The notes: a model not told the origin generated them from the letters alone. Counted from the stretch's first letter, positions 1-10,518 are shown. The stretch is DNA of 64,000 nucleotides from an uncultured Thermoprotei archaeon (GCA_965367815.1 CBDUKN010000004.1:99952-163951); one strand, 5' to 3'. Numbers and translations are program-made.

Positions 1-2132
1 AACCTTCTGGCAGTGTGAAGGAATTTAATTCTATAGACTGTGCTTTTTTTGATAGCGTTTAGTATTATTTTCTTAGCTTTATTGGCATCTAAAAGCAGTG
101 CATCTTTTAGATCATTAATATTAAGACTTACAGGACAGTATATCATTATCCTATATGGATCGCTATAATGTTTTACTGAAGACGATGTTCTCATAGAAAT
201 ATATTCTGCTAAGAGAACTGCTAGAGTGTTATTTATTCTTGAGCCGAAACACCCGTGAACTACTGCTGTATCTTCACTATATTCAATATATATGGTTTTG
301 TCGTCGGGTACTATGTGTCCACTATCTATTTGTTTTTTGATGTAGTTTAATAAATCGTTAAAAATATTGTCGTCTATCCTGTACTGAGCTTTTATTTTTT
401 CTTTGATTCTATTATTGTTCGTCAATATATACTGCGTGATAAGTCGCCTCAAAGCGCCTACTTCTCTCGCAGCCTTATGTGATACAGGGATCATTTCGCC
501 GATCCATGAAGGTACTGCTCCTACAGATGTTTCAGACGGAGTTACTTCGATTATTCCTGCAGCTTCATCTATATGCTCGATTCTCCATACTCTGCCTGCC
601 AGAATGAAGTCGTATCCTTCTTCACAGAAGCCTGCGACATATTCTTCGTCGAGTTCTCCGATGAATTTTCCCGAGGCCATGTCTCTAACTTTGTACTTCC
701 TAACGTCGGGTATGGTTGAAGCATGTTCAAAGTAATACTCGTAGATTCCTCGCCTGCCTTTAAGATATTTTTCGTCGATTTTTCTTAGGTATCCTAGATC
801 TTGAAGGAAGTCTATAAGCCGGTTAAGCTCGTTGCGCGAGAGATCACTATAGTATGTGGACCTAGAAACTACTCTATAAATATCGTTGAGAGAGATTTCT
901 CTGTACTCAATTAGCAGCCCTATTATCTGGTGAGCTAGCACATCGTATGGTTTAGGTGGTATAGTTGGGGCTTCATAGTCACCAGCTATAGCTCTTCTCG
1001 CAAGCACGATAGATTCGAATAGATCATCATCGTCTACTACAAGAACAATTCCCCGAGAAACTTTCTCTATTTTATGTCCTGCTCGGCCGACGCGCTGCGC
1101 TAGCTTAATTGCTTGGCGAGGAGACATATACTGGACGACAAGGTCTATATGACCTATGTCTATACCCAGTTCAAGAGATGATGTGCATACAATGGCCTTG
1201 ATTTCTCCTCTCTTGAATTTGTTTTCTACAAAAACTCTCTCTTCTTTTGAGAGAGATCCGTGGTGAACAAATACTACAGTGTTGTCTCCGGCTATTATTT
1301 TAAGTCTTGTAGCAAGTCTTTCAGCTAAATCTCGAGTATTTGTGAAGATTAAAACGCCTTTATGTCTTTTTAAAATTTCTAGTAGAATTTTTGCCCTTGC
1401 TACAGCGTCAGGAGGAGCTCCTATTTCAAGAGAGAGTTTTTCATCGTCAGGTGAAGGCTTGGGGTATACTACCTTTATGTCTAGTTTCTTTGTTTCCTCT
1501 ACATTTACATCGTAAACAATCCCGTTTACTCCTCCTAGAATTCTTTTTGCAAGCTGAATGTCGCCAATAGTTGCAGAGAGCCCTATGCGCTGTATCTTGT
1601 TTTCAGAAATTTCTTTTAAACGTTCTAAAGCTAGTGAGAGCTGCACGCCGCGTTTGTCGTCTATAAGTTCGTGGAGTTCGTCTATAATGACCCATCTAAG
1701 TTTCCTAAGTGCTGACCTTAATCTCTTTCCTACAAGTAAAAACTGCAGAGTTTCAGGTGTTGTTATGAGTATGTGAGGTGGGTAAAGGGAAAGCCGTCTT
1801 CTTTCGGCTTCAGTAGTATCGCCGTGTCTTACAGCTACGGAAAGCCCTATTTCTTCGGCAAGAGTTTTCATGCGCCGTAAAATATCCCTATTTAAAGCCC
1901 TTAAAGGGGTTATGTATAATGCATTTATTCCTTCGGTTGGTTTTTCTAAAATCATTGAATATACTGGAAATATAGCAGCTTCAGTTTTTCCGGAGCCTGT
2001 TGGAGCTATTATTAAGGTATTTAACCTTCTCAAAATTAGAGGGATAGCTACTTTTTGAACTTTTGTAGGCGAAATATATCCATATTTTTTCAAGACACCT
2101 GCAAGCTTAGGATGTAGTACATCGAATACCAT
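1..2132 (-). CDS. lhr: Lhr-like DEAD/DEAH-box helicase (runs off left edge; absent from ORF track)
   Basis: Manual translation from ATG at 2132: MVFDVLHPKL..., Walker A APTGSGKTEAA, YITPLRALNRD, HGDT, ITTPETLQ, DELHEL, HHGSL-like VHHGSLSK motif. Confidence 0.9.
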   Translation of the reverse strand, partial: MVFDVLHPKLAGVLKKYGYISPTKVQKVAIPLILRRLNTLIIAPTGSGKTEAAIFPVYSMILEKPTEGINALYITPLRALNRDILRRMKTLAEEIGLSVAVRHGDTTEAERRRLSLYPPHILITTPETLQFLLVGKRLRSALRKLRWVIIDELHELIDDKRGVQLSLALERLKEISENKIQRIGLSATIGDIQLAKRILGGVNGIVYDVNVEETKKLDIKVVYPKPSPDDEKLSLEIGAPPDAVARAKILLEILKRHKGVLIFTNTRDLAERLATRLKIIAGDNTVVFVHHGSLSKEERVFVENKFKRGEIKAIVCTSSLELGIDIGHIDLVVQYMSPRQAIKLAQRVGRAGHKIEKVSRGIVLVVDDDDLFESIVLARRAIAGDYEAPTIPPKPYDVLAHQIIGLLIEYREISLNDIYRVVSRSTYYSDLSRNELNRLIDFLQDLGYLRKIDEKYLKGRRGIYEYYFEHASTIPDVRKYKVRDMASGKFIGELDEEYVAGFCEEGYDFILAGRVWRIEHIDEAAGIIEVTPSETSVGAVPSWIGEMIPVSHKAAREVGALRRLITQYILTNNNRIKEKIKAQYRIDDNIFNDLLNYIKKQIDSGHIVPDDKTIYIEYSEDTAVVHGCFGSRINNTLAVLLAEYISMRTSSSVKHYSDPYRIMIYCPVSLNINDLKDALLLDANKAKKIILNAIKKSTVYRIKFLHTARR

Positions 2133-2203
2133 GGATGAACCCTTAGAATTGAGGCGTTAAAGTATAATAGTGAGGTAAGTAAAATACTTTCTGGGAAGGA
2201 AGC

Positions 2204-2413
2204 ATGCCTCAGAAAGTTCCACCACATAAACACTGTAAAGTATGTGGTAAAGTAATACCTCCTGACCAGGACTACTGCAGCAGTAAATGTGAAGCAATAG
2301 ACCTAAAACAGAAAAAGGAAGCAGAGTTTGTGAGAAAGGTCAGTCTAATCGTAATAATATTCTTCTTCATAGCCATGGTTCTCTCATTAATAAGAAGCCT
2401 TTTCGGAGGATAA
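2204..2413 (+). CDS. DUF2116-family Zn-ribbon membrane protein
   Basis: PHKHCKVCG...YCSSKC followed by a C-terminal TM helix. Confidence 0.75.
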   Translation: MPQKVPPHKHCKVCGKVIPPDQDYCSSKCEAIDLKQKKEAEFVRKVSLIVIIFFFIAMVLSLIRSLFGG

Positions 2414-2627
2414 CGAAGCCGTCCAAAAGGCATGTGTAATTGTTTCTGCGCTATGTTTTGTATCGCAGTAAACCTAAGTCCAGCACCTAGTAATATTCGT
2501 TTAAAAGGATATTCGGCCGTGGAATATAGTCTTGTGATGCAGAAACCAGTGATATTAGAATATTATTTCGGTAATACTTTTTAAAATTGAATGATAGTTC
2601 CCTTTTATTGCTAGTGGGGGGTAATCT

Positions 2628-2924
2628 GTGGTCATGGGAAAGCCTCTTAAAATAGAGTTCTTTAAGTCAAAGACATGTGTAGTGTGTCCTAAAGTAAGAG
2701 AGCTGTTAAAGAAAATTCTGGCCGAGAAAGGCTTACGCTACGAGGAAGTAGTTATTGAACGCGATATTTCAGAGGATCCTGAAGCTTTAACAGACCTTTT
2801 AATGCTTAATGCTTTGTCAGTACCTGTAGTTAAAATAAAGGATACAATATTATACGAGCAAGATGCAGTAAAAGAAGACAAGCTAAGAGAAGCTGTAGAG
2901 AAATTTTTATATCAAGAAAATTAG
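2628..2924 (+). CDS. glutaredoxin/NrdH-like redoxin
   Basis: CVVC, SVP cis-Pro motif, directly upstream of nrdD. Confidence 0.75.
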   Translation: MVMGKPLKIEFFKSKTCVVCPKVRELLKKILAEKGLRYEEVVIERDISEDPEALTDLLMLNALSVPVVKIKDTILYEQDAVKEDKLREAVEKFLYQEN

Positions 2925-2981
2925 AGCAATTATTAAAATAGTCTGGACACTATAATAGATAATAGTAAATGGTGGGTGTGA

Positions 2982-5180
2982 TTGATGAAAGCTAGAGGGG
3001 AGGTAGTAGCTGGGGAAAAAGGAGAGAACGAGAATAGACTTTATGTAAGAAGATCGGATGGCGTAATGATACCATTTGATAGAGAATACATAGTTCAGAG
3101 CCTCGTTAAGGAAACTAGGCTAGCCAAAATTTTGTTTGGAGTAGAGCCTATGAGTAGAGAGGAAGCTGAGTTCATAGCGCAAGAAGTTGAGAAAGAAATT
3201 AAGCGCATGAAACTCAAGTTCTTAAGCGGACCGCTTATAAGAGAATTAGTGTGTGTTAAACTTCTTGAGCACGGTTATCACATTTATCGTAACGTATACA
3301 CCAGAGTAGGATGTCCTCTTTACGAAGTATATGAAATTGATAGAGGAACAGGGTTTGAGGCACGTGAAAATGCAAATCTCCAACTAAACCCAGAGACTTT
3401 TCATAAAAAGAAAGCTGACAGAATGTGTAAAGAAGCATACTTATTAATGATGCCTCCATATATGGCTGACGCTCACTTGAAGGGAGATATACATATACAC
3501 GACTTAGAATATTTCTTCACAAGACCTTTCTGCCAGGATCATGATTTGAGATTCTTCTTCTACTATGGGCTCATGCCCGATGGAACAGGGACACATACAG
3601 CCGTGGCTGGCCCTGCTAAACATCCAGAAGTAGCTATTCTTCATGCAGCCAAAGTTTTAGGCAGTGCGCAGGTAAACTTCTCTGGAGGACAGGGCTTCTT
3701 TAATTTCACAGTATTTTTGGCGCCCTATCTTCAAGGCCTCAGCAAGCGTAGAATAAGGCAGCTGGCTCAAATGTTTCTCTACGAAATGATGCAGGCTTAT
3801 GTCGCGCGTGGAGGGCAGCCGGTATTCAGTTCTATTCAAATAGAGGCTGGAGTACCAAAAGTTTGGAGAGAAGCACCAGTAGTTTACGCAGGAAAAATAT
3901 GGAAAGGACTAACGTATGGTGATCTGGAAGAAGAAGTGAAGACATTTGCATTATCGCTATTAGAAGAGTACATTAAGGGGGACTACAAAGGAAAGATGTT
4001 TAACTTTCCCAAGCCTGAAGTAGTTCAACGCAGAGATTACTGGACAAAAAGTGAATATGAAGAAATCATGTATAAGGCGGCCGAGTTAAGCGCTAAGTTC
4101 GGGTCTACTTATTATGACAACGTAATACCGCCTTATAGAGGAGGGGAAGATGGAGTTTCATGCTACCAGTGTTGTGCTTACTCCTTCTCAGAGGGTCCTG
4201 AAAGCGAGGGCTTCTGGGATAAAGTATACTTTGTTGACGGGGCCCATTTTGCTATGGGTGGATTACAAGTAATTACTATAAATATGCCCAGACTTGCGTA
4301 TAAGGCTAAAGGTGATGATGATAAGCTTTTTGAAGAGCTGGAGCGAGTAATGGAGATCGCGAGAGATGTACTGCTGTATAAGTACGAGGTCATGAAGAGG
4401 CAGTACGAAGCAGGGTTAATACCTTTTGCTTCACAAAAACCTAAGGGAAGCAAGTATCCACTAGTGGATCTAGATGAATTAGTGCTCACGATAGGTGTCG
4501 TGGGAGTAAATGAAATGGTTCAGTGTCATACAGGCTATCAGCTCCACGAGCACAGAGAAGCAGTGCGTTTTGCCTTGAGAACAATAATAGAAATGGAGAG
4601 AATAAAAGAGGAATTTGAAAAAGAAACAGGAAGAAAGTTTGCCATAGCCAGAACTCCTGCTGAAAGCTGTGCTCAAAGACTTGCTGTATGTGATTTAATA
4701 CACTACAGAGAGTATGCTATTAAATATGCTAAAGGAGATGTGAAAGCAGCATGCGAGAAGATCAAGTATACTAGAGACCTTCCAGTTTACTACACTAATG
4801 GAACGCATGTAAATGTATCTGCGAAAATACCGCTTTGGGCTAGACTCGACATAGAGCAGAAATTCTTCCCAATACTCTCCGGAGGAAACATATTCCACAT
4901 ATGGCTTGGCGAGGCAAATCCTGATCCAGAGGCTATATTTAAGCTCAACAAAAAGATAGCTCTCAACACTTGGATAGGATACTGGAGCTACACTAAGGAC
5001 TTAACAGTATGCAGGTCATGTGACTATACCATTGGGGGTCTCTTAGATAAATGTCCGCGCTGTGGGTCTGTAGCTGTAAGCTGGTACAGTAGGATAACAG
5101 GATATTACCAAGAAGTTAGTGGATGGAATGAAGGTAAGAAGCAGGAATTAAGAGATAGATATCGCATAAGAATTAGCTGA
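2982..5180 (+). CDS. nrdD: anaerobic (class III) ribonucleoside-triphosphate reductase
   Basis: N-terminal ATP-cone, HIHDL, TPAES, YYTN, CxxC...CxxC, glycyl-radical motif RITGY. Confidence 0.95.
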   Translation: MMKARGEVVAGEKGENENRLYVRRSDGVMIPFDREYIVQSLVKETRLAKILFGVEPMSREEAEFIAQEVEKEIKRMKLKFLSGPLIRELVCVKLLEHGYHIYRNVYTRVGCPLYEVYEIDRGTGFEARENANLQLNPETFHKKKADRMCKEAYLLMMPPYMADAHLKGDIHIHDLEYFFTRPFCQDHDLRFFFYYGLMPDGTGTHTAVAGPAKHPEVAILHAAKVLGSAQVNFSGGQGFFNFTVFLAPYLQGLSKRRIRQLAQMFLYEMMQAYVARGGQPVFSSIQIEAGVPKVWREAPVVYAGKIWKGLTYGDLEEEVKTFALSLLEEYIKGDYKGKMFNFPKPEVVQRRDYWTKSEYEEIMYKAAELSAKFGSTYYDNVIPPYRGGEDGVSCYQCCAYSFSEGPESEGFWDKVYFVDGAHFAMGGLQVITINMPRLAYKAKGDDDKLFEELERVMEIARDVLLYKYEVMKRQYEAGLIPFASQKPKGSKYPLVDLDELVLTIGVVGVNEMVQCHTGYQLHEHREAVRFALRTIIEMERIKEEFEKETGRKFAIARTPAESCAQRLAVCDLIHYREYAIKYAKGDVKAACEKIKYTRDLPVYYTNGTHVNVSAKIPLWARLDIEQKFFPILSGGNIFHIWLGEANPDPEAIFKLNKKIALNTWIGYWSYTKDLTVCRSCDYTIGGLLDKCPRCGSVAVSWYSRITGYYQEVSGWNEGKKQELRDRYRIRIS

Positions 5181-5182
5181 GA

Positions 5183-5971
5183 TCATTCAATAATCTTTTG
5201 GAGCTTTTCTGCTTTTTCCTTATTGATTTCTTTTAATCGATTAATTTCGCTTTCTAATATTTTCTTTAGTTTATTTTTCCATTCATCGGGGGCTTCTTTG
5301 TATATTCTCTCAGCTTTTTCCAGCTTATCTTTAAGAAGTAGTGTTAAAAAGTAGTCTTCTAGAGGAATAGTAGTTATTTTGTTCCTTTTCATTATAATAA
5401 CGTATCCTACTTCATAATCTACTCCCTCTTTAGTTTCCTCTTCTTCTAGCTCTTTTAGTAAGGAAACATCTAGAACTTTGCTTCCGTATATCTCTGTTGC
5501 TTTAGCTATTTTATCTAAAGCAGCCTCTCCCAAACTGCTTATTTCTTTAACAGCTTCTTTAGTAAGCGGTAATGGATATCTTCGGGAACCTACTGTAATA
5601 TATCCTGGAAGTCCTTCAACATTTGCAGTGGGTATTTTTGCATCAAGAAAAGAATCGCATACGAATATTTCTACTACTTCTTTTTCTCCTGAAGGATAGT
5701 GTATCTTAATTGCTTCGCTCCATAGTTTTGCGCTAACTTCACCCAGGACAAGTGGGCCTTCGAAGAACGGAGTATTAAATTTAGATGATAAGAATTCAGC
5801 TAAGCCTTCACTTGATCCAAGTATTTCATAATAGGTCGCTTCCAACCAACCTTTTTTAGTTTTTATTTTTATTGTTTTTCTAGTAACAATATTAATTCCA
5901 AGTTTACGAAGTTCTTTAACTACTTTATTTTCGTCAAATTCTTTTTCCCGAATAAATCCTAGGATACCCAA
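5183..5971 (-). CDS. hypothetical protein
   Basis: 262-aa ORF with typical codon usage filling the gap; no recognised motif. Confidence 0.7.
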   Translation of the reverse strand: MGILGFIREKEFDENKVVKELRKLGINIVTRKTIKIKTKKGWLEATYYEILGSSEGLAEFLSSKFNTPFFEGPLVLGEVSAKLWSEAIKIHYPSGEKEVVEIFVCDSFLDAKIPTANVEGLPGYITVGSRRYPLPLTKEAVKEISSLGEAALDKIAKATEIYGSKVLDVSLLKELEEEETKEGVDYEVGYVIIMKRNKITTIPLEDYFLTLLLKDKLEKAERIYKEAPDEWKNKLKKILESEINRLKEINKEKAEKLQKIIE

Positions 5972-6036
5972 ATTATTGCACCCCCTGGTTTATATTTATA
6001 TTTCAGCAAGATATTTTTATCTGCTGGTAAAAATCG

Positions 6037-6085
6037 ATGATGAACGCGTTGGAGGGTGATCTGTGAGCTCAGATGGGCGGACTGA
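6037..6085 (+). ncRNA. box C/D sRNA candidate
   Basis: ATGATGA-acgcgttggagg-GTGA-(TCTGTGA)-gctcagatgggcgga-CTGA; GC-rich island in AT-rich spacer; C'/D' degenerate. Confidence 0.6.
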
Positions 6086-6185
6086 GGGTCTTAAATACCT
6101 GGGTATACTTTCAGATATCTTCCCGAAACTAACTATTTCTCTAAAGAAGAAAAACATTATATATTTAAAGAAAGCAAAAATACTG

Positions 6186-8729
6186 ATGTTTCATAGTGCT
6201 ACAAGGGCTTCAGCAGTTTTCCTACTATTAATTGTCTTCCTGAGTTTCCTACCTGTGTCACTGTATGAAAAGCCTGAAAATACAACTATGAAAGTAAATG
6301 TTGAAGTGTATCCGCTCAAGGACGAAGTAGTATATAAAGTGTTGAATGTACCTGAGCTGAATTTTGTTTATGTAATTACTAGAGCTGTAGGAAATTACAG
6401 GGTTCATGTATTTAATAAAAATGGAGAAGTCAATACATCAAGGCCTTATAGGAAGCTCATAGCTTACTCATCAGTCCTCAGGTCTATAATAAGTTTAGCT
6501 TATAATAACAGTAAAATATTGTTGCTTAATCCTCTTAATCTTTCAGTAGATAAAAGTTTAGAGAAAATATCTCCTCCATCAAGAGCATCAACAGCTATCG
6601 ATATGGTGTGTAAAGGTGATAAAGTTATAGTACAGTATACAGGGGCCATAGAGGACGGTGGAGGCAGACGTGGTACAATGATTCAAGTGTTCTCACTGAC
6701 TTTAGGCGAAACTCTCTGGTATACTAGGCTGAAAGTAGGTGAATATGTAGAGATATTTTCATATGAATTTTCTCCTGACGGCGAGTATATTGTGATATAT
6801 GCAGCAGACACTCTTTGTACAGTTTGTCGTGAATGGAGCAACTTTATAGAAATTATAAAAGCTTCTACGGGAGAAAAAGTTACTCAGAGAGAAGAGTTTA
6901 GACTGGGTAAGAGCTGGTGTAAAGCGCTTTCGGGAGGAGTACTAATAAGTGTTGAAAACGAGCGAAATTTTAAATTTCGAGGAAAAACTCTTTTTGTTCA
7001 ATATGATGGAACTATCAAGTGGACTTTTGCTAAAGATGATCCTAAAGAAAAGTACTATGATGCAGTGGAAGTAGGCAATGTAATTATTATATCAATTATG
7101 ACGAGTACTGGTGAAGCACTAGAAGCAGTGGATTCACGTAGTGGTAGCAAGCTTTGGAGAATAGAGGCAGTAAATACTCCGGCCTACAAGCTGGCTGCTT
7201 ATGGCAATTTGATTTTAGCAGCAAATAGTGGCAAAGTAATGCTGCTGACTACTGATGGCAAAGAAATATGGGAATATGAGTTCGGCGATGGTTTCTCGGT
7301 AGCTGACTGCTTATGGATTGATGAAAATACATTTATGGTTGCCAAAACGAGTGTTATCTATCTATTTAAGATAGAGAAGAAAGAGAAGTATACACTGAGT
7401 ATTAAAGTCGCGTCTAAAAGTGGTGAGGCGATACTAGGGGCCGAGGTCTTAATATATAATGCTTCAAATTCCATGCTCATTAAAAGAATGCTGCTAGTGT
7501 CAAACAGTAGTGCAAATATAGTTTTAGTTAAAGGCGAGTATATAATTCAAGTAAAGAGAGAAGGGTATGTCGATGTAACCCAAAGAGTAGCGCTTACTAA
7601 AAATATAACTCTGCAGATATCATTGACGAAAGCAAGCGGAGTCTATAGCGGAGTATCTAGTAAACTCAAGGAGGTGAAAATAAGAATAATAGACCTTTAT
7701 GGTAAACCCTTAGTTAATATGATAGTTAATATATTTAAAAAAGTTAATAATAATTACTACAAGTTTTATATGAGTACAAAAACAGATCAAAATGGTTTCA
7801 TAGTATGGCAGCTTGATGAGAAGGATATCGGAACTTATAGGATAGTAATTCCCGAACTTAATTGGAGTAAAGAGATAACAGTTCCTTTTCTTCCTTATTC
7901 TAATGAACTCCAAGTAATTTTTTCAGAAAAGTATCCAGTTGTTTTCGAGGCAGTAGTTCCACAAAGGGTGCGTTTAGAAATATTCAACAAGAATGGAATA
8001 AAAGTTTGTTCGCTGACTGTAAATGAGACAGCTGTTGTAGAACTGAAGGCAGGAATATATACGATTAAAGCCTACGTTCCAGGCTATAGGCAGTTTATCA
8101 AGAAAATAAAAGTTCCTGAGGTATCAAAAATACCCATATATCTGGAGAAAATAATTATTGATAAAAGCAAAAACATAATCGAAATAAATCGCATAATAGC
8201 TTTCCTCAAATCACACACAGTTCAACATACAGTGTTTGGAAAAAAGGTGCTGGCACCAGATTTTAAGATAAGAGACATTGAAGGAAGGCCTTTAAGCCTT
8301 AAAACATTTAGAAACGAGATTGTAATACTAGATTTCTTTTACATAGGATGTCATGGGTGTGAAGATTTAATACCGTTGCTCAGGAATCTATCAAAGTACG
8401 ACAACGTGGTAATAATATCAATAGATGTGAGGCCTAGTATTGATACAAGAGATAAGTTAATGAACTACATGGATAGATTCAATATATCTTGGCATATCGT
8501 AGTAGATACACTAAACTTAGCCGACAGATATAGAGTTACTGCGACACCTACTGTCTTTGTTATAAAAGATGGCTATATCGTAGCATCTTTTGTAGGATAT
8601 AAAGAAAATATAATTACTCAGGGACCTGGCTTATCTAAGATAGTGATAAAAGCGAAAATAACTTACTTAATAGTAGCTATTGCTGTATTACTGCTACTTT
8701 ACATTATATACGAGGAGACTAGAGAATAA
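6186..8729 (+). CDS. membrane-anchored surface protein: PQQ-like beta-propeller + carboxypeptidase-regulatory/Ig-like repeats + TlpA/peroxiredoxin-like thioredoxin domain
   Basis: Signal peptide after ATG 6186 (preferred to GTG 6063, which overlaps the sRNA), G-x-x-x-W propeller repeats, APDF...LDFFYIGCHGC...ATPT Trx domain, C-terminal TM. Confidence 0.75.
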   Translation: MFHSATRASAVFLLLIVFLSFLPVSLYEKPENTTMKVNVEVYPLKDEVVYKVLNVPELNFVYVITRAVGNYRVHVFNKNGEVNTSRPYRKLIAYSSVLRSIISLAYNNSKILLLNPLNLSVDKSLEKISPPSRASTAIDMVCKGDKVIVQYTGAIEDGGGRRGTMIQVFSLTLGETLWYTRLKVGEYVEIFSYEFSPDGEYIVIYAADTLCTVCREWSNFIEIIKASTGEKVTQREEFRLGKSWCKALSGGVLISVENERNFKFRGKTLFVQYDGTIKWTFAKDDPKEKYYDAVEVGNVIIISIMTSTGEALEAVDSRSGSKLWRIEAVNTPAYKLAAYGNLILAANSGKVMLLTTDGKEIWEYEFGDGFSVADCLWIDENTFMVAKTSVIYLFKIEKKEKYTLSIKVASKSGEAILGAEVLIYNASNSMLIKRMLLVSNSSANIVLVKGEYIIQVKREGYVDVTQRVALTKNITLQISLTKASGVYSGVSSKLKEVKIRIIDLYGKPLVNMIVNIFKKVNNNYYKFYMSTKTDQNGFIVWQLDEKDIGTYRIVIPELNWSKEITVPFLPYSNELQVIFSEKYPVVFEAVVPQRVRLEIFNKNGIKVCSLTVNETAVVELKAGIYTIKAYVPGYRQFIKKIKVPEVSKIPIYLEKIIIDKSKNIIEINRIIAFLKSHTVQHTVFGKKVLAPDFKIRDIEGRPLSLKTFRNEIVILDFFYIGCHGCEDLIPLLRNLSKYDNVVIISIDVRPSIDTRDKLMNYMDRFNISWHIVVDTLNLADRYRVTATPTVFVIKDGYIVASFVGYKENIITQGPGLSKIVIKAKITYLIVAIAVLLLLYIIYEETRE

Positions 8730-9393
8730 TTTGTGGGATATTGTTTAGAAAATTTTTTAACTTATATATTGGGACTATAAAAGTATTACCAATTCTTGGA
8801 GAACCTGTATCCTTATATACAACTATTACAGGTACTATGGTAATGTTTTCTTTCCTTAAATATTTTCTTAGCATATAGCTTTTCTCCTCGTGTTTTTGAG
8901 CTGCGCTCGATAAATTGCTGTGCCTTGACCACTGTTTGCAGTCTATACTCAAAACAATATTTCCTTTTATTGCTACGATGTCTATTTCGTATCGCTTATT
9001 ATTCAATTTGAATCTATAGTTTCTTTTTATCTCGTATGAAAAATTGGAAACTATTTGCGAACAAAGATCCTCGAATTCTTTCCACGTGAGGGCTTCAACT
9101 AAGTACTCAAGTGGACATCCATGAAGGAGACTTTTCTCTAGAAAGCCTAGCATATTTTTTATAATAATCTTTTCTTCCTTTAATTCTATTATGTTCAACT
9201 TAGCTAGTTCATCTATTAGTTTATTTAAATAACTAGTATCTATTGGCATTTCGCTTTTTTCTATAAAATCATTTATGAATATTTTATAGTTTTTTCTTTT
9301 TGAAGAATATAGTATAAGCAGGTAAGAGGCTGCTTTAATTCCTCTAGACATGGCAGTGGCTCTGATGCGCCAGTATAAAGGATTGTATTGCAT
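8719..9393 (-). CDS. Mrr-like PD-(D/E)xK endonuclease domain protein
   Basis: WKEFEDL...EIDIVA...IDCKQW. Confidence 0.75.
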   Translation of the reverse strand: MQYNPLYWRIRATAMSRGIKAASYLLILYSSKRKNYKIFINDFIEKSEMPIDTSYLNKLIDELAKLNIIELKEEKIIIKNMLGFLEKSLLHGCPLEYLVEALTWKEFEDLCSQIVSNFSYEIKRNYRFKLNNKRYEIDIVAIKGNIVLSIDCKQWSRHSNLSSAAQKHEEKSYMLRKYLRKENITIVPVIVVYKDTGSPRIGNTFIVPIYKLKNFLNNIPQIIL

Positions 9394-9420
9394 AGAGTAT
9401 ACGAATAATTTTTAAGTGTA

Positions 9421-10518
9421 TTGCGCTATAACCTTTACGTGAAGATAGTTAAAGTAGAGTGGACTACATATCAAGTTAAGAATAAAGAGCCGTTTAGGAT
9501 AGCCTATGGAGTATCTCTAGGAAGCACTAATGTTTTTGTGAAAGTAGTGTTAGAAGACGGCACAATAGGATATGGAGAGGCTTGTGGATCTCGTAAAGTT
9601 ACAGGAGAAACTGCACGTACGATAACTTGTTTCATGAAGGATGTGGCTAATTTACTGGTAGGCGAAGATATTTATAATCTAACGAAGATTATTGAGAAAG
9701 TATGTGGTTTTATGAAAGGAAATACTGCAGCTAAAGCCGCAATAGACCTTGCTCTACACGATGTTTGGGCCAAAGTGTATGGAGTGCCTCTCTTCAAAGC
9801 TCTAGGAGGTAAAGTTAAGAATGTTGAAACAGACTATACTATTGGTATAAAAGATATAAGTTCTATGTGTAAAGAAGCAAAAGATTTTGTTGAAAAGGGA
9901 TTCACTAAATTAAAAATAAAAGTAGGTGTTACTCCTCAAGAAGATATAGAAATAGTCAAGAAAATTAGAGAAGAAGTAGGTTATGATATCGAACTTAGGG
10001 TAGACGCAAATCAAGCATGGGATCCTAAAACAGCTGTAAAAGTAATCAATGCGATTACACGCTATGAGATAGAGTTTGTAGAACAACCAGTTCCATGGTG
10101 GGATTTAAATGGATTAAAATATGTTAAAGATCATGTAGATGTAAAAATTATGGCAGACGAATCTGTCTTAACATCCAAAGATGCTTTAAAAGTAGTGAAA
10201 ATGGAAGCAGTAGATCTAATTAATATAAAGTTAATGAAGTGTGGAGGACTAAGAGAAGCTATGAAAATAACTAGTATTGCTGAAGCAGCAGGTGTCAAGT
10301 GTATGGTAGGCTGTATGAATGAAACATCACTTTCAATAGCAGCCGCGGCTCACTTAGCTGCAGCTACACCGAATATAGTGTATTGTGATTTAGATTCACC
10401 TCTCATGATAGTAAATGATCCTGCTAAACCTCCACTAAAGTACATTAAAGGAGTTATAGAGCTCCCTGAAAATAAGGGTATAGGAATTGATGTAGAAAAT
10501 GTCTTCAAAAAACAGTAA
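9421..10518 (+). CDS. L-Ala-D/L-Glu dipeptide epimerase (enolase superfamily, MLE subgroup)
   Basis: KIKVG, VDANQ, EQP, ADES, NIKLMKCGG, DLD motif. Confidence 0.85.
   Translation: MRYNLYVKIVKVEWTTYQVKNKEPFRIAYGVSLGSTNVFVKVVLEDGTIGYGEACGSRKVTGETARTITCFMKDVANLLVGEDIYNLTKIIEKVCGFMKGNTAAKAAIDLALHDVWAKVYGVPLFKALGGKVKNVETDYTIGIKDISSMCKEAKDFVEKGFTKLKIKVGVTPQEDIEIVKKIREEVGYDIELRVDANQAWDPKTAVKVINAITRYEIEFVEQPVPWWDLNGLKYVKDHVDVKIMADESVLTSKDALKVVKMEAVDLINIKLMKCGGLREAMKITSIAEAAGVKCMVGCMNETSLSIAAAAHLAAATPNIVYCDLDSPLMIVNDPAKPPLKYIKGVIELPENKGIGIDVENVFKKQ

Noticed and set aside
403-2058. Short + strand ORFs (403, 1279, 1558, 1870)
   Set aside because: Antisense shadows of the Lhr helicase on the minus strand.
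8719-9393. Mrr-like nuclease as partner of the C5 methylase (R-M system)
   Set aside because: 29 kb apart, each in a housekeeping context; no defence-island signature.
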